From Octopus sinensis (taxonomy: Eukaryota): DNA of 64,000 bases. Of this stretch, positions 27,150-40,390 are shown in pieces (the first letter of the stretch is position 1; the number at the start of each line of letters is the position of its first letter). The stretch is from positions 25,606,001 to 25,670,000 of the forward strand of contig NC_043015.1 of the NCBI RefSeq assembly GCF_006345805.1. Reading direction: 5' to 3'. The position numbers and the translations under genes were made by a program. The notes beneath the pieces were generated by a model, which had not been told where the DNA came from, made no database searches, and saw nothing but the letters and a program-made list of their open reading frames with translations.

Positions 27150-27740
27150 AAAAGTTATAAAACCACTTGAGAAAATATATGTATGGGAAAGCGTCAACAA
27201 AATGCAGAGTGTGTGGAATTTGAGATGAAACATGATACGTCTTGTAGAATACCTGAAGTCGGCCCAAGGAAAAATATAAGAAATAGAAACATGATCAAAT
27301 TTGTGGAAGTTTTGTGAAAAATGGGGTTTGAAGTACATAGTAGAATCATTGGGAGGGACAGGTATTTGAGTCAGAAAAATGCAACATTTTGAGGGAGTTT
27401 CTCAATCAAATGGATAAGAAGGTGGAACATAAGTAAGATGTTATAGCAATAGTCAAGCAAAATCGAATTTGCATCTTCATTGATCCGCCATATGCATTTT
27501 ATGTCCGGATTGTAAAGAAAGTAAACGAAATATTGAAAACCTATATTTCTTTAAAATTTGAATTTGTGAAGATTTGGAATATGAAATCTATAAAGATTGC
27601 ACCTGAGATAATCGGCGCATTAGAGATTGTGAGTAATGATATAAACAAATAGTTGAAGGAGATTGGAATGAAGCTTCCAAAGGTTTGTTTCTTAAGATTT
27701 TGAGCACTTGTTGGCTTGAAATCATGTGGATATCTAAAGT
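27150..27740 (+). mobile_element. Highly decayed RLE-type (R4-like) retrotransposon 3' fragment
   Basis: Remnants KCRVCGI*DET and WNMKSIKIAPEIIGALEIV resemble the CCHC knuckle and the RLE C-terminal VPIIIGALG motif. Confidence 0.5.
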
Positions 27741-27831
27741 AACAGGTAGTTACCTGCTACCCACATAAATAGTACCAGGAATACAATCAATCACGAGGCA
27801 AGATGAGGATATGACTACAACTACTACTCCT

Positions 27832-27958
27832 TTCTACTATAGGCACAAAGCCTGAAAATTGGGGGAGGGGACTAGTCGATTACAACGACCCTAGTGTCCA
27901 ACTGGTATTTAATTTATCGACCCCGAAAGGATGAAAAATAAAGTCGACCTCGGCGAAT
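27832..27958 (-). mobile_element. SINE family B 3' fragment
   Basis: tagtcgattacaacgaccctagtgtccaactggtatttaatttatcgaccccgaaaggatgaaaaataaagtcgacctcggcg. Confidence 0.75.
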
Positions 27959-28091
27959 AATAATGATCATAGTGATGATGATGATGGAACGACCTGCGCA
28001 AATGATTTCTCTTATCAGACGGGGAATCCTGATGGGTATATTGGCCTTCGTTTATTTGTACCGCAGTATTCCTTTGATGGCATGCGCTGCT

Positions 28092-29137
28092 CGGCAAAAC
28101 ACGAGCAAAACAAAAAACTGTTCTCAGTATTTAAGGAAGCTGACAAATACAAACAAGAAATCATACCACCTAATAAATATGAAGAACAAGAAGAAGAAGA
28201 TGAAGAAACAACAAAAGCTATAAAACAAATGAAATCTAAACTAAAAATAGAACAGCAATGAACCATGATAAAACGATGGCAAGAAAAGCTCCTTCATGGT
28301 AAATACTGGACTAAACTAAACGCAAAAGAAATAGACAAAGAAAAATCCCAGCAATGGTTGAGAAGCTCAGGACTCAAAGCAGAAACAGAGGGATTTTTAA
28401 TTGCAGCACAAGACCAAAGCCTCCCCACCAGAAATTACCAAAAACATGTAATGAAAAGAAATATAACAAGTAACTGCAGAATATGTGGAGATGGTCAAGA
28501 AACAATAAATCATATTATCTCTGGCTGCCCAGTCCTGGCTAAGAAGGAATATATTTACAGACATGACAGAGTTGGAACCTACATACACTGGAAGCTACGC
28601 CAACATTATGGAATAACAATAGAAAAAAGATGGTATAGGCACACACCAGAAAAGGTCACAGAAAACGAGAAAGCAACCATACTCTGGGATATACCGATAC
28701 ACACAGATAGAGAAATTAAGGCCAACAGACCAGACATAGTTGTCAGAGATCATGAAGAAAAAAATGCTTTCTAATTGATGTATCAATACCGGCAGATGAC
28801 AACGTGTCTCTAAAAGAAATGGAGAAACTTTCAAAATACAAAGACCTGGAAATAGAGGTAACCAGAATGTGGAATCTAAAAACAGAAACAATTCCTATCA
28901 TAGTAGGTGCATTAGGCATGATAAAAAAATATTCAGACAAATACATAACAAAAACACCAGGACTTACAAACACATATAACATACAAAAAATTGCACTACT
29001 AGGCACTGCACACATCCTACGCAGAACACTTTCCATACAATAACCATCAGAGCATCGCAACAAATCACAGCACATACCCAAGGCACACAGAGCTGCGCTC
29101 GGTAGTGAAGTGAAAGCACGCTATAAAAATAAAACTA

Positions 29138-29140
<3 letters not shown>
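28092..29140 (+). mobile_element. 5'-truncated R4/Dong-like RLE retrotransposon, same family as 55356-59148
   Basis: CRICGDGQETINHIISGC (CCHC), RHD, NRPDIVV, LIDVS, VPII/IVGALG and QKIALLGTAHILRRTL motifs. The 3' UTR ends ataaaaataaaactactg, followed by (AAT)n. Near-identical to the minus-strand copy. Confidence 0.93.
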
Positions 29141-29191
<51 letters not shown>

Positions 29192-29213
29192 AATGATAAT
29201 AATAATAATGATG

Positions 29214-29264
<51 letters not shown>

Positions 29265-29280
29265 TAATAATAATAATATA
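29141..29280 (+). repeat. (AAT)n microsatellite at the 3' junction of the Dong-like element
   Basis: Direct reading: about 140 nt, with occasional gat/act variants. Confidence 0.95.
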
Positions 29281-29299
29281 ATGTTGACAATCTTACTAG

Positions 29300-30790
29300 A
29301 GATGGTGTCTTGATAAAAATACCGATTGGTGGTTAACCTTAAAACACATTGTTGAGTGAAAATTTCTAATACAAATGTATCAAATAACGGTGTTAATGAG
29401 GCTGGATCCGGAGTGGTAATTGAATGCTGGATCAGGAGTGAAGTCAGTAGAGAAGAATTCTGACGACGAATGAAAGCAAAATGGTATAGGACTCAACGAA
29501 ATAAGGGAGCAACGATTAACCGACCAGGCTAGAGTAATAAGAAGAAAATGGTGGTTAACAGACATGGAAATAGAAGAGATAAGAAGGAAAGTAGAAAATA
29601 GAAATAATACTTCACCAACAGATAACGTAACCAGTGAGGGCAGGGAAATGAATGGTGACAGTGAAGACGTAGAGCAAAATGTAAATTTGAATGCATTCTC
29701 AGCATATGAAGCAGAAGTAGTCGGAAGAGCTATGTCACAAGAAAATGGATGATGACCAACAAGACATAGTGAGGATGCTGTGTTGTTATATCAGAGAAGA
29801 CTAGGATCAAGCACCTCCCCAATCTGAAGTACATTGATCGATGCAAGCTCAAAGTTTAACGGAAAAGATAGTCTCGGGAAAACAGAGGAAGAAGTACGAA
29901 AAGGACATGAAGAAGAATTACGTAAGAAGGGACGACACAATCAATTCTATGTAGCCACAACAGAAGTTGCTGGAAAAAATAGGTGAGACTGGCTGATGAA
30001 AGGAACCCTAAGAAAAGAGACCGAGATCACTGTACTAGCAGTGCAGGACCAAGCTGTGTCCACGAGCTGGAGGGTCAAACTGAGGAATGAGCAAGTGTCT
30101 CTTGTGTGCCGCATCAGCAATAGAGTGGATGAAACTATTTCCCAAATCACGAACGAATGCCCAAAACCATTACAAGTTGTGGTGATACGACAAAGTAGCG
30201 AAAATGATCGCTTAGAAACTGTGTGAATAGTGGGGGTACTAGACAGAGGCAAAACGTGGTATGAGCACAAACCGTAGAGTGTGGCAGAGTCGGAGACTAG
30301 CGAAAGCCTCTGGGATTTCCCAATCCAAACAGATCAGGTGCTAGAGCATAACAGACTGGTCCTAGTGGTGGTGGTGGTGGTGGATAACATGCACCACACA
30401 TGTTATATAGTTGATGTTGCTTGCCCCTTTGATCCATGAATAGTTAAGAAGGAAGGTGAAAAGATAGATAAATACAACCCTCTTAAGTACGAAATAGCCT
30501 GGCTATGGGAAATGAAGAAGATGAAGATAGTGCCAATTATTGCTGAGCCCTTGGGAACAGTACGAGAAGGCATCAAGAAAAATATGAAGGAAATTGGAAT
30601 AGAGCGCCTAATAGAACTGTTGCAAAAGGTTTGCCTCCTTGGCACGGCCAGAATAATAAGGAAAGTATTAGGAAGCTGAAAAGAACGAATAGCATGGTAC
30701 CATAGGCTGCAGGCAGCAAGCCTGGTACGCATGCAAGACTCCAGGAGCTCCAGAAAAACCTATGATAAAGAGAAATGATAATAATAATAA
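29300..30790 (+). mobile_element. Internally deleted, decayed R4-like RLE element of a second subfamily
   Basis: N-terminal WLTDMEIEEIRR. C-terminal WLMKGTLRKETE...QDQA, LWDFPIQTD, VDVACPFD, KYEIA.LWEMKKMKIVPII, QKVCLLGTARIIRKVL. Ends in (AAT)n at ~30778-30794. The RT core is absent. Confidence 0.75.
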
Positions 30791-31147
30791 TAATTGCATT
30801 AATAAATTAATAAGCACAGAATATTGCTGTGTAATGTATTTGTTTATAATTTATCGCTGTGAATCCGAATTGTGCCGATGAATTGTAGAATGGACAATTT
30901 GGCTTTAATGAGGAAAATGTTATTTGTCGCATACAGATTGCCAGTCAGTGGCACCACCTGCTTCCAAATTTGAATATATCGATGTCTCTACAATAACAAT
31001 TGTCGGGCTGAAGACTATGGAAATGCTAGTTACAGCATCCATTTGTTTAAATATTGCCAAATTAAGCTGGAGTTAAAGGCAAAATCGATTATTTTGAGCT
31101 TTTAGCCCACTCGTTTAAATACGGAAGTATACAAAAATATATAAACC

Positions 31148-31535
31148 GGCGCAGGTAAGGCTGTGTGTTCAAGAAGCTCGCTTTGCATCAAAGTCGTTTC
31201 ATGTTCAATCCCACTGCATGGTACCTAGCTGAAGTGTTTTCTACTTTGGTACCGGACCATCAAATGTGAGTGAATTTGATAAACGGAAACTGTGTGGAAA
31301 CCCGTCGTATATGTGTGTGTATATCTCCAAGCGCGTGTATGTCTGATTTTCCTTCCCCGCTTGAAAACCGGTGTTGTTCTTTTTACGTCCTCGTAACTTA
31401 GCAGTTCGATAAAAGAGACCGAGGGAATAAGTACCGGACATGAATAAACACGTCAATATTGGGGTCGATTTGTTCAACTAGAATCCTTGAAGGTGGTGCT
31501 CCAGTATGGCCGCAGTCACATGACTGATACAAAAA
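31148..31535 (+). mobile_element. SINE family A, diverged full-length copy
   Basis: ggcgcaggtaaggctgtgtgttcaagaagc...ggtgctccagtatggccgcagtcacatgactga. Confidence 0.8.
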
Positions 31536-31992
31536 TTTCAAACTTCAAAAAATCTAAATTAAACGTCCTCTGAGTTTCTGTCACGTATGCTGGAAATAGA
31601 AGGGAAAAATGAGTTCAAGCATCTACTAGTCATCAAAGTTTGAAGAACATTTTGGATAGTGTAGACACAGATATATGATTTGGACTGTCACGGTCGGAAG
31701 ATATTTGAGCGATGTTGTTGTCGGTCAGGATTGACATGGATGATAAATAACAACAGTTACTAAAAAAATAGCAAGAAATGGCGGTTAAAGTTCCTTCTAG
31801 TCACATCTTAAAATAGGGACGTCACATGGTACAATGAAGTTTTAGACATTTAAAAAGGTGGGAAACTCAAAACAGACGCCGTTGATCGTAGGTTTACTCA
31901 ACCTAGGGTTGAAAGATATCAACAACAAACTATGCAGATACAGATGCTTAACATTCAATCGTTGCTAAATCTTTATTTGGTTGAATGTGTGT

Positions 31993-32050
<58 letters not shown>

Positions 32051-33675
32051 GTATACATACATGCATACACATATATATAATTAGAGTACATGTTAACCTC
32101 GTGAAGGGACGGTTGAATCCAAGGAAATACTGATTCAATACCTAGTATTTTGGGGGAATGAAATTCCCTTAAAACAATAGGTATATATTAAGCATATGGG
32201 TTATATCCAGTTGAAGGATAGGAAATTGAAATTAGGAAGTTAATTATTTATTATTAACAATTTGGTCATCTTCGCTTCTTACAGGCGTTTCAATTAATAT
32301 TCAATTTAAATACAAATTTGTACATTAAATTTGCATTTATGTGACATGAGCATAATTTCATCAGAAAAAAATTATGTACATTGAGATGTTATATGCGGAC
32401 CTATCCATTTTAGCAGACTCTGAAACGGATAGGTACACACACACACACGTATGTATATATGTAATTGCTTAACTAAAGTTTGCATTACTTAGTTTGGATT
32501 TCAAACGAACTTACAGATGCCTGATGATTCAAACATTTGTTTGCTCTGTCATTCTGCAATTATTCTACATTTTACTATAAACCTGTTCTAATTTCTGGTT
32601 TTACTCTCTGGATTATAGTTTCTGGCATTGATTCCATAAAGTGCTGATGGTCAGAGAATATAATCGGACGACAAGAGCAGTTACTCCAAATTGAGGTTAC
32701 CCAGTGTAGACAAAGATGACGGCGTGTAAAGAATTTCATCAAATACTCAAGTGTCGAATAGAATAATCGAGAAAGCTGTACATCGGAAAATAATATGCTT
32801 CAGAACATTTAGAGGCATTCTGAGTCCAAATCCTTCTGTGGAAAACTGACTTTATTCTCTGTTGACAGAGTTGAAGCGTTGTACAGTTAACAATACCTCT
32901 TGTTCCTTGGCTACCTTGAACGGAGCTCACTCTGTAGCAATCACATACAACTAATCAACAGTTTGGAGATAATCAATCAGTCGTGGTGTCTTGCTACCTC
33001 ACACAGAGCATTGTCAGGAACCATAGAAATAAGGTCAGTGGGACCTCACTCTTCATAGAAAAATCCTTTTAGCGGAGGCGCTACATAAATACGAGTAGTA
33101 AATGTGATAACATATCCTGAAAAACTTTTCAAAATCATGCGTAGTCACATGATCTTCTTACACATGAATATTTGTTATTTATCACTGCAAAAGGTCATAC
33201 ATTTTAGGCATATCATTGAAACTAACTGATGGAGCCTTTCATTTAGTTCCTGTCAGATAACTAATTAAATAATCGAACCTTTAAAGATTGATAGCTAAAC
33301 TAAACCACAACGAAATTTTGAACAGGGAACCAAAATACTGCTTCTAGGTACACAAACATCTAGTATTAAATACAATTCTTTTCTACTCTCATTTCTCTCA
33401 TTCATACTCTACCACTGATGTGTGTATATGTGTACATATATATAAATACATACATATTTATACACACACATGTATACGCCCACACACACATATACATACT
33501 GGTATACATATTCATAATATGCATATATATATGTGTGTATATATAATTACATACATACACATAATTATATAGAAACACATACATAAATTCATACCAGCAT
33601 ATAAATGTATATTCTTCCAAACCAATAGCACTCTCTTTCTCTCTCTCTCTCTCTCTGTATATATATATATATATC

Positions 33676-33721
<46 letters not shown>

Positions 33722-34445
33722 AAGAAAGAGGGGGAGGTAAGAGAGGAAAGATATATTAGTTTGGTATGAAATATATATATATATCAAAACACATATAAAC
33801 ATATATTCAAATGTATATACATTCAAATATATGTACATACATATGTGTGTGTATGTATATATACATATAAATATATATATTCAAAGGCACACACACACGT
33901 GCATACACCCCATTACACACATATAATATCTACTCTATTATTATATACTCACGGTGAAATCTGAAATATGAATAATTCCGTTAGCACACTGACACAGACG
34001 TCTACTTATCGCGTAATTTATATTCATACAGAGAATACTTAGAATATAATTCAATGTGATTTTTAATCTCAGTTGAAGATAATGTAGGAGCAAGTGATGG
34101 GAGAGCAAGCGTGGCAGTGATAGAAGAGCAGGAAAAGGAAATACAAAGAGTAGGGGAGGGTGGAGAAAAAGAGAAAGCATAAGATGAGAGAGAGAGAAAG
34201 AGAGAGTGTGTGTGTGTGTGTGCGTGTGGGAAATTAAAAAGAAAAAGAGAGAAAGGAAAATGGGAGAAAGAATAGATGAAACAAGTGCGAGATGAAAGTG
34301 TGTATATATATATGTATGTATGTAATACATATTATGTATGTATGTATGCATGTATGTGTGCGTCAGTATGTATATGTATGTGCATACATATACATATATA
34401 CATATATATTTTCTCTCCCATATCCATATATGTGTGTGTGTGTGT

Positions 34446-34480
<35 letters not shown>

Positions 34481-35023
34481 GTATACACGTATACTTACAT
34501 ATATTTGTATGTAGGAAAAGAGGGAGAGAGAGAAAGAAGAAAACATCGAGAGAAGAGAATTATACAAATCAGAAATTACTTTTCGCCAAATCTGATAAAC
34601 CTACAGTTTGATATCTAATTAGATATCTCATTAGTCAATTATACAATTGAAAAGAAGAAAATACAAAGCGAAATATTTAAAACATTTAAAACAACTAATG
34701 AAACAAAGACAAATTTAGTTTTTAACCTAACATAATGAGTTATTTCCAACAGGGTGGTCAACTGACAGAATAAGAGGAACGAAACCGTTTATTTCGATAT
34801 TTAAATTAGAATTATGATCATGTTGGAGTGCTGCCATTTTTTCTAAAATTTATTTCTAAAACGTTCATTGTAAAAGAAAAACGTTTGGATAAAATGGTTT
34901 TCATTATATTGAATATTTCATGTGATTTTTAATTTGTTTTCTTAGACATTTATTGTTTAATAGTCTTCCTTTGCATTTCTAGCAGAACAGAGAGAGAAAG
35001 AGAGAGAAAGAGAGTGAGTGAAA

Positions 35024-35062
<39 letters not shown>

Positions 35063-35199
35063 CAAAACAAATACCAGTCCTATTCAAAAAAATATTTAGA
35101 AACATGGCTTGCAGTTTTAAGGGGAGAAAGTTAGTGGAAAGCATCAACTTTAGGACTGGACGGGTTTTTTTTTATTCTCTCAATCTCGACCCCCGTATT

Positions 35200-35480
35200 T
35201 ATTTTTAAGTCTTGTCGCTAATCTGTCCTTATCTTTTGCTATACCGCTATATTATGGAGACACAAATAAACCAACACCGCTTGTCAAGTGGTGGAAAAAT
35301 AGACAGGTATACACACGTATTCTCTTTCTGATATATATATATAAGAAAAGCTTCCACATAGTTTCCGTATAGCCAAATTCACATACAAGGCATTGGTAGG
35401 CCCAAAGTTATAGGAGAAGGCGATTGCTTGAAAACCATGCAGTGGGACTGAACCTGAAATCACGTGGTTGTAAATGGAGA
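35200..35480 (-). mobile_element. SINE family A diverged copy
   Basis: acaaggcattggtagg...cagtgggactgaacctgaaatcacgtgg is a reverse-complement match to family A. Confidence 0.65.
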
Positions 35481-35843
35481 TTCTATCAAACTCTGCTAAT
35501 GTATAATCTGAATATATTTCTATTTGTTCTTCTAAATCACTGCTTTCCCATTTCAGCCACCAGTAGTTTTTACTCCCTTATATATTAATTAGTTTTTAAT
35601 ATAGTGTGCTTGACTGAAGAATAAACCTGCAATAAACAATAAATCATTTGCCAGTTTCCGTAACCATACTGCTAATGGTAATTAATTATGCCTTCCCATT
35701 ATATACAATTTGTAAAATAACGTATCTGCGAATTAATGAGAAATAATTGCCGATTCTGTATTTTTTCTTCTGTTTATTGCACTTTATTTATTTAGGATTA
35801 TTTAAACATTCTGTGTCTCTCTCTGCATGTATATATATATATA

Positions 35844-35881
<38 letters not shown>

Positions 35882-35983
35882 AGCGTAAACATACACTCAT
35901 ATATAATCCTTTGCTGCGTAGAGGAATTTCCAACAGATGGCATTCAATTCGTAGGTTTGCATTTTTTAAAACTGAGCTTCTTT

Positions 35984-36250
35984 ATGTATGTATGTATGTT
36001 TTTATGTATGTATGTATGTATGTATGTATGTATGTATGTATGTATGTATGTATGTATGTATGTATGTATGTACGTATGTACGTATGTATGTATGAATGTA
36101 TGTATGTATGTATGTATGTACGTATGTATGTATGTATGTATGTATGTATGTATGTTTGTATGTATGTAGTATGTGTGTATGCATGTATGTATGTATGTAT
36201 GTATGTATGTATGTATGTATGTATGTATGTATGTATGTATGCATACATAC
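35984..36250. repeat. Long (TATG)n tetranucleotide microsatellite
   Basis: Direct reading. It is the source of the MYVC/HTYI ORFs. Confidence 0.95.
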
Positions 36251-37111
36251 ATGCATCAGCCCATCTATATTTCTATGTCTATATACATTTGTTTATCTAT
36301 ACATGTATTTTCTTTCTCATTACCTGCTCTCTCTTTCTCTCCCATTCTTGATATTTTAACCAAAATTTATCTCGTCGTAAATATGACATAAATATTATAA
36401 AATTATTTCGAAACTTTTGATTGTTTTATTTTATTTGTTTTTATAATTATTTCCTTTTGTTTGTTTATTTGTTAATTATTCATTTATTTCAATATCTCTT
36501 TAATTTTCGTTGAATGTAATTGAAACGTTATATTAACATCGCTGATACACCAAGAACGATTATAATTTAACGCTGTATTATTTGCATTCACCCAGTTTTT
36601 TCACAGCCCAGTAAGCTTTCTGCATTATCAGTGAATTGTTTATTCATTGCCTCCTATAAATCGAAGTCCGTATTTCGTTCTGACAGGTGGCAAATAGGTG
36701 CTAGGTATTGAACATCCTTCAAAAAGGCGAAATACCTCTTCACGTCACACCCCCATTCTTTTGTAGATGTATTGTGGGGCTAAAATTTGGTAAACAAGTC
36801 GCTGATTAGCTGCTTTAGTTTATTTTAAAATATTTTATTTACTTTTCTTCGTTGTCTTTTAATTTACTCATTTTAATATGTTCCAGTAAGGGGCGTTTCT
36901 GATACCTAAAACGGCTCACTGTACTCAAGTGAATCACATATGAATAGGTGTAAATTGAGCCGACCCTGCTTCGTTCGACAGTAAAATATTTGAGGCTCAT
37001 AAACTGTTCAGAAGAATAATCTTATTGCTCATGTTACAAAACAACTACTACTGTACACCTATATTTATACCTTTATGAGTGTAAGGTGCTTTAGTGTTGA
37101 TGGTGTAACTG

Positions 37112-38261
37112 ATTACAGATTATGAAATAACCATAATCTATGGAATAAATGTATTATCTCACAGTTTTTTCCTTGTAAATCAATATTTGTGAACCCATGG
37201 ATAGGTGAAAAATTCATGTTGTTTATGAATATAAGTTCCGTCGTGAAACCAACGCATCCCAAACAGCTCGAAACATCAACGAGGTGTTTGTTGAAGATGT
37301 GGCGCACTGTAAGTCGATGGTTTGAGAAGCTCCGGTCTAGTTACTTTACTCCTAGAAATCAGAACCGTGGTAGACCTGAGACCAAGGTGGATAACAATGA
37401 GTTGGAAAATGCAGTGGAAGCGGATACATCTCAAACTGCGCGTGAGTTAGCAGCAAGGTTTGATTATTCGATTCCAATTGTGTTAGACCATCTGAAACAA
37501 ACCGGCAGGTAAAGAAGCCGCACAAGTGGGTACCACACGAACTGAACGAGCATCAAATGACACGTCATTTTGAAACTTGCTGTTCTTTGCTGTCACGGAA
37601 TAAAAGCGAACCGTTTTAGCATCGTATTGTTACGTGTGATGTAAAATGGATTCTCTTCAACAATAGCAAGCATTCTACACGGTGGTTGGATAGAGACGAA
37701 GTACCAAACACAATCTAAAAAAGAATACTCACCAACAAAAGCTAATGGTGTCCGATTGGCGGTCCAGCGCTGGTGTCTTCCACTACAGCTTCATGAGAAT
37801 TACAGTGAATGCATACATCAACCAATTGGATGAAATGATGAGTGAACTTGCAATTAAACAACCGAGATTGGTGAACAGAGACAGGCTAATTCGTTTGCAA
37901 GACAATGCTTGACCACATGTTGCATAAAGAACGCTACTCAAGTTACAGAAACTGAACTTAGCAGTAACCTGTCCTCCACCATATTCACCAGACCTTGCTC
38001 CAACTGACTATCACGTTTTCCGGGCATTAGACAACTTTTTGTAAGGAAATAAACTACAAATCTGAAAAAGATGTAAAACAGCCTTTCGTGATTTCATCAC
38101 CTATTGCTCTCCAGAATTCTTCGCTGCCGGCACTACCGATAAAATGTCAAAATTGTGTTGATAATTTGGGTGCATACTTTGATTAACTGCATTGCTTTTT
38201 GCTGAGATAAAGTGAAATAAACTTTCAGTTCGAAATCGGACATTTCATTCATAATGACTTG

Positions 38262-38264
<3 letters not shown>
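37112..38264 (+). mobile_element. Decayed near-full-length mariner element (DD34D transposase pseudogene)
   Basis: TVSRWFEK, RGRPETKVDNNEL, KWVPHELNEHQ, HRIVTCD.KW, LMVS.W.SSAGV, QDNA*PHVA and PPYSPDLAPTDYHVFRALDNFL. Many stops and frameshifts; the TIRs are degraded. Confidence 0.9.
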
Positions 38265-38324
<60 letters not shown>

Positions 38325-39056
38325 CATACATAAATGCGCATACACATTCATACATATATTCATATGAATACGTGTGTGTAGATGCGCTTGTTTTCCCTGT
38401 CATGATGCAGCAAGACGATATAAAGAAATATTACTTTTTGAGCTCAATCATAGCATTTCCTTGATAGTTTGTTTTACATTTGCTAAACTTCTAACATGTT
38501 AAAGTCAATTTAATAGATATCGCTTGTCTTTTGTTTATTTTTATGGTGCTTGGAACTCGTACAATTAAACGAAAGTTAACGACAGTGATAGATTGTTTGC
38601 ATGACGATATGTCGAGATACGGAAAGAGAAAAAAAGGAGGACCAGCGAAAATGCGAAACAGTAGACAAAAATAATAAAAAATACAATATATGTATACACA
38701 AGTGTGTGTGTGTATATGTATATATATATATATATAATATATATATATATAATATATATATATATATAATATATATATATTCTACTGAAAGTAAAGAAAT
38801 TCGCGAACGCAGGATACTAAGAAGACAGCGTAGAAAATCGGGTAAATACAAGTTGGGCTTATACAAGTTGCAATCTTACGACAGTAATATCTAAGAGAAA
38901 AGTACGGTAAACGCAGTTAAGGATGTCTTTAAGTTGTGCTTACTCAACTACGTTCTGAGTCGATCTTGATACTTTTGAATCCCTTAGAACTGCGTAATGG
39001 ATGATCGAAATAAATCTTAAAAAATTATAGTATATTGGTAGTGATATATTTAAACC

Positions 39057-39436
39057 GTGGAGGCGCAATGGCCCAGTGGTTAGGGCAGCGGACTCGCGGT
39101 CGTAGGATCGCGGTCTCGATTCCCAGACCGGGCGTTGTGAGTGTTTATTGAGCTAAAACACCTAAAGCTCCACGAGTCTCCGGCAGGGATGGTGGTGATC
39201 TCTGCTGTACTCTTTCACCACAACTTTCTCTTACTTCCTGTTTCTGTTGTACCTGTATTTCAAAGGGCCGGCCTTGTCACTCTCTGTGTCACGCTGAATA
39301 TCCCCGAGAACTACGTTAAGGGTACACGTGTCTGTGGAGTGCTCAGCCACTTACACGTTAATTTCACAAGCAGGCTGTTCCGTTGATCGGATCAACCGGA
39401 ACCCTCGTCGTCGTAACCGACGGAGTGCTTCCTTGC
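39057..39436 (+). mobile_element. SINE family C, full-length with an 11-bp target-site duplication
   Basis: tRNA-like head ggcgcaatggcccagtggttagggcagcggactcgc...ggtctcgattcc. The TSD atatttaaacc occurs at 39046-39056 and 39437-39447. A decayed fragment of the same family lies at ~24918-24980 (-). Confidence 0.88.
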
Positions 39437-39512
39437 ATATTTAAACCAGAGAATACTTACCATTCAATCCAATTCGATATAATTGTTTTTTTTTTCACTC
39501 CAGCTCCATCTT

Positions 39513-39546
<34 letters not shown>

Positions 39547-39568
39547 CTCTCTATAGATGTATGTAAAT

Positions 39569-39601
<33 letters not shown>

Positions 39602-39690
39602 TATATATATATATATATATATTATATATTATATATATTATATTATATTATATTATATATATTATATTATATATATATATATATTATATA

Positions 39691-40390
39691 TTAGCAGTGA
39701 TACCCGTTGTTGATCCGGTAATTACTGTTTCTCGGGAGTCACATTGAAAGTTTTATCATATAATTTACTCCTCCGGTATGTGTAGTTTTATAAGAGAAAA
39801 ATATGTAATAATTGAAGTAGAAAAAATATCATTTTCATTCATGAACATTGTTTATTATATGACAATATGTTAGTTTTATGTGTTATTTTATCTATTAATA
39901 TAGTAATGGTATTATATAATATTGTTGTAAAAGAATAAACATGTAATAATTGAAGTAGAAGAAAGATCAATTTCATATACCAACTTCTGTTTGTTTATTA
40001 TACGACAATAATAAATGAGTTGTGTTATATTATTTGTTAATACAATATTGGCAATTATATAACACATACATACACCTGCTTACAATAATAGTGATTACTG
40101 TATAATTTCTATGTTCATTATTGTTGGTTTACAATATTGGAAAAAATACGTCACCAAAGAAAAGATGTCATCTCTCCAGAAACTAGTATAACTGGTATGC
40201 AAGGAACGAAGATGGCGTCACCTTTACCACAATCAGTGAGAATATTTGCCTCACTGCAGTTCTTTATAGGTTTGTGTACAATTAATGTTGTACCACTGCA
40301 TAATTTTTGTTGAGACAAATTAGGCAATAGAATAATAGTTTCCTTTGAACTATTTACTTTCATTTTGGAGGACAAACAAACGAACATACA
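39691..40390 (-). mobile_element. 3' remnant of an autonomous-type Helitron (PIF1-like helicase C-terminus plus 3' hairpin/CTAA end)
   Basis: IILLPNLSQQKLCSGTTLIV...EANILTDCGKGDAIFVPCIP resembles the Helitron RepHel motif IMLLRNL.P.KLCNGTRL.V...EA.ILTG.GKG..VFIPRIP. The minus-strand end reads ccggatcaacaacgg gtatcactg CTAA|T. Confidence 0.75.

Noticed and set aside
39057-39135. tRNA gene-like sequence (also the heads at 17104 and 2308)
   Set aside because: Continues into SINE body, lacks a proper acceptor stem and a Pol III terminator, and 39057 is flanked by a TSD. These are SINE heads, not tRNA genes.
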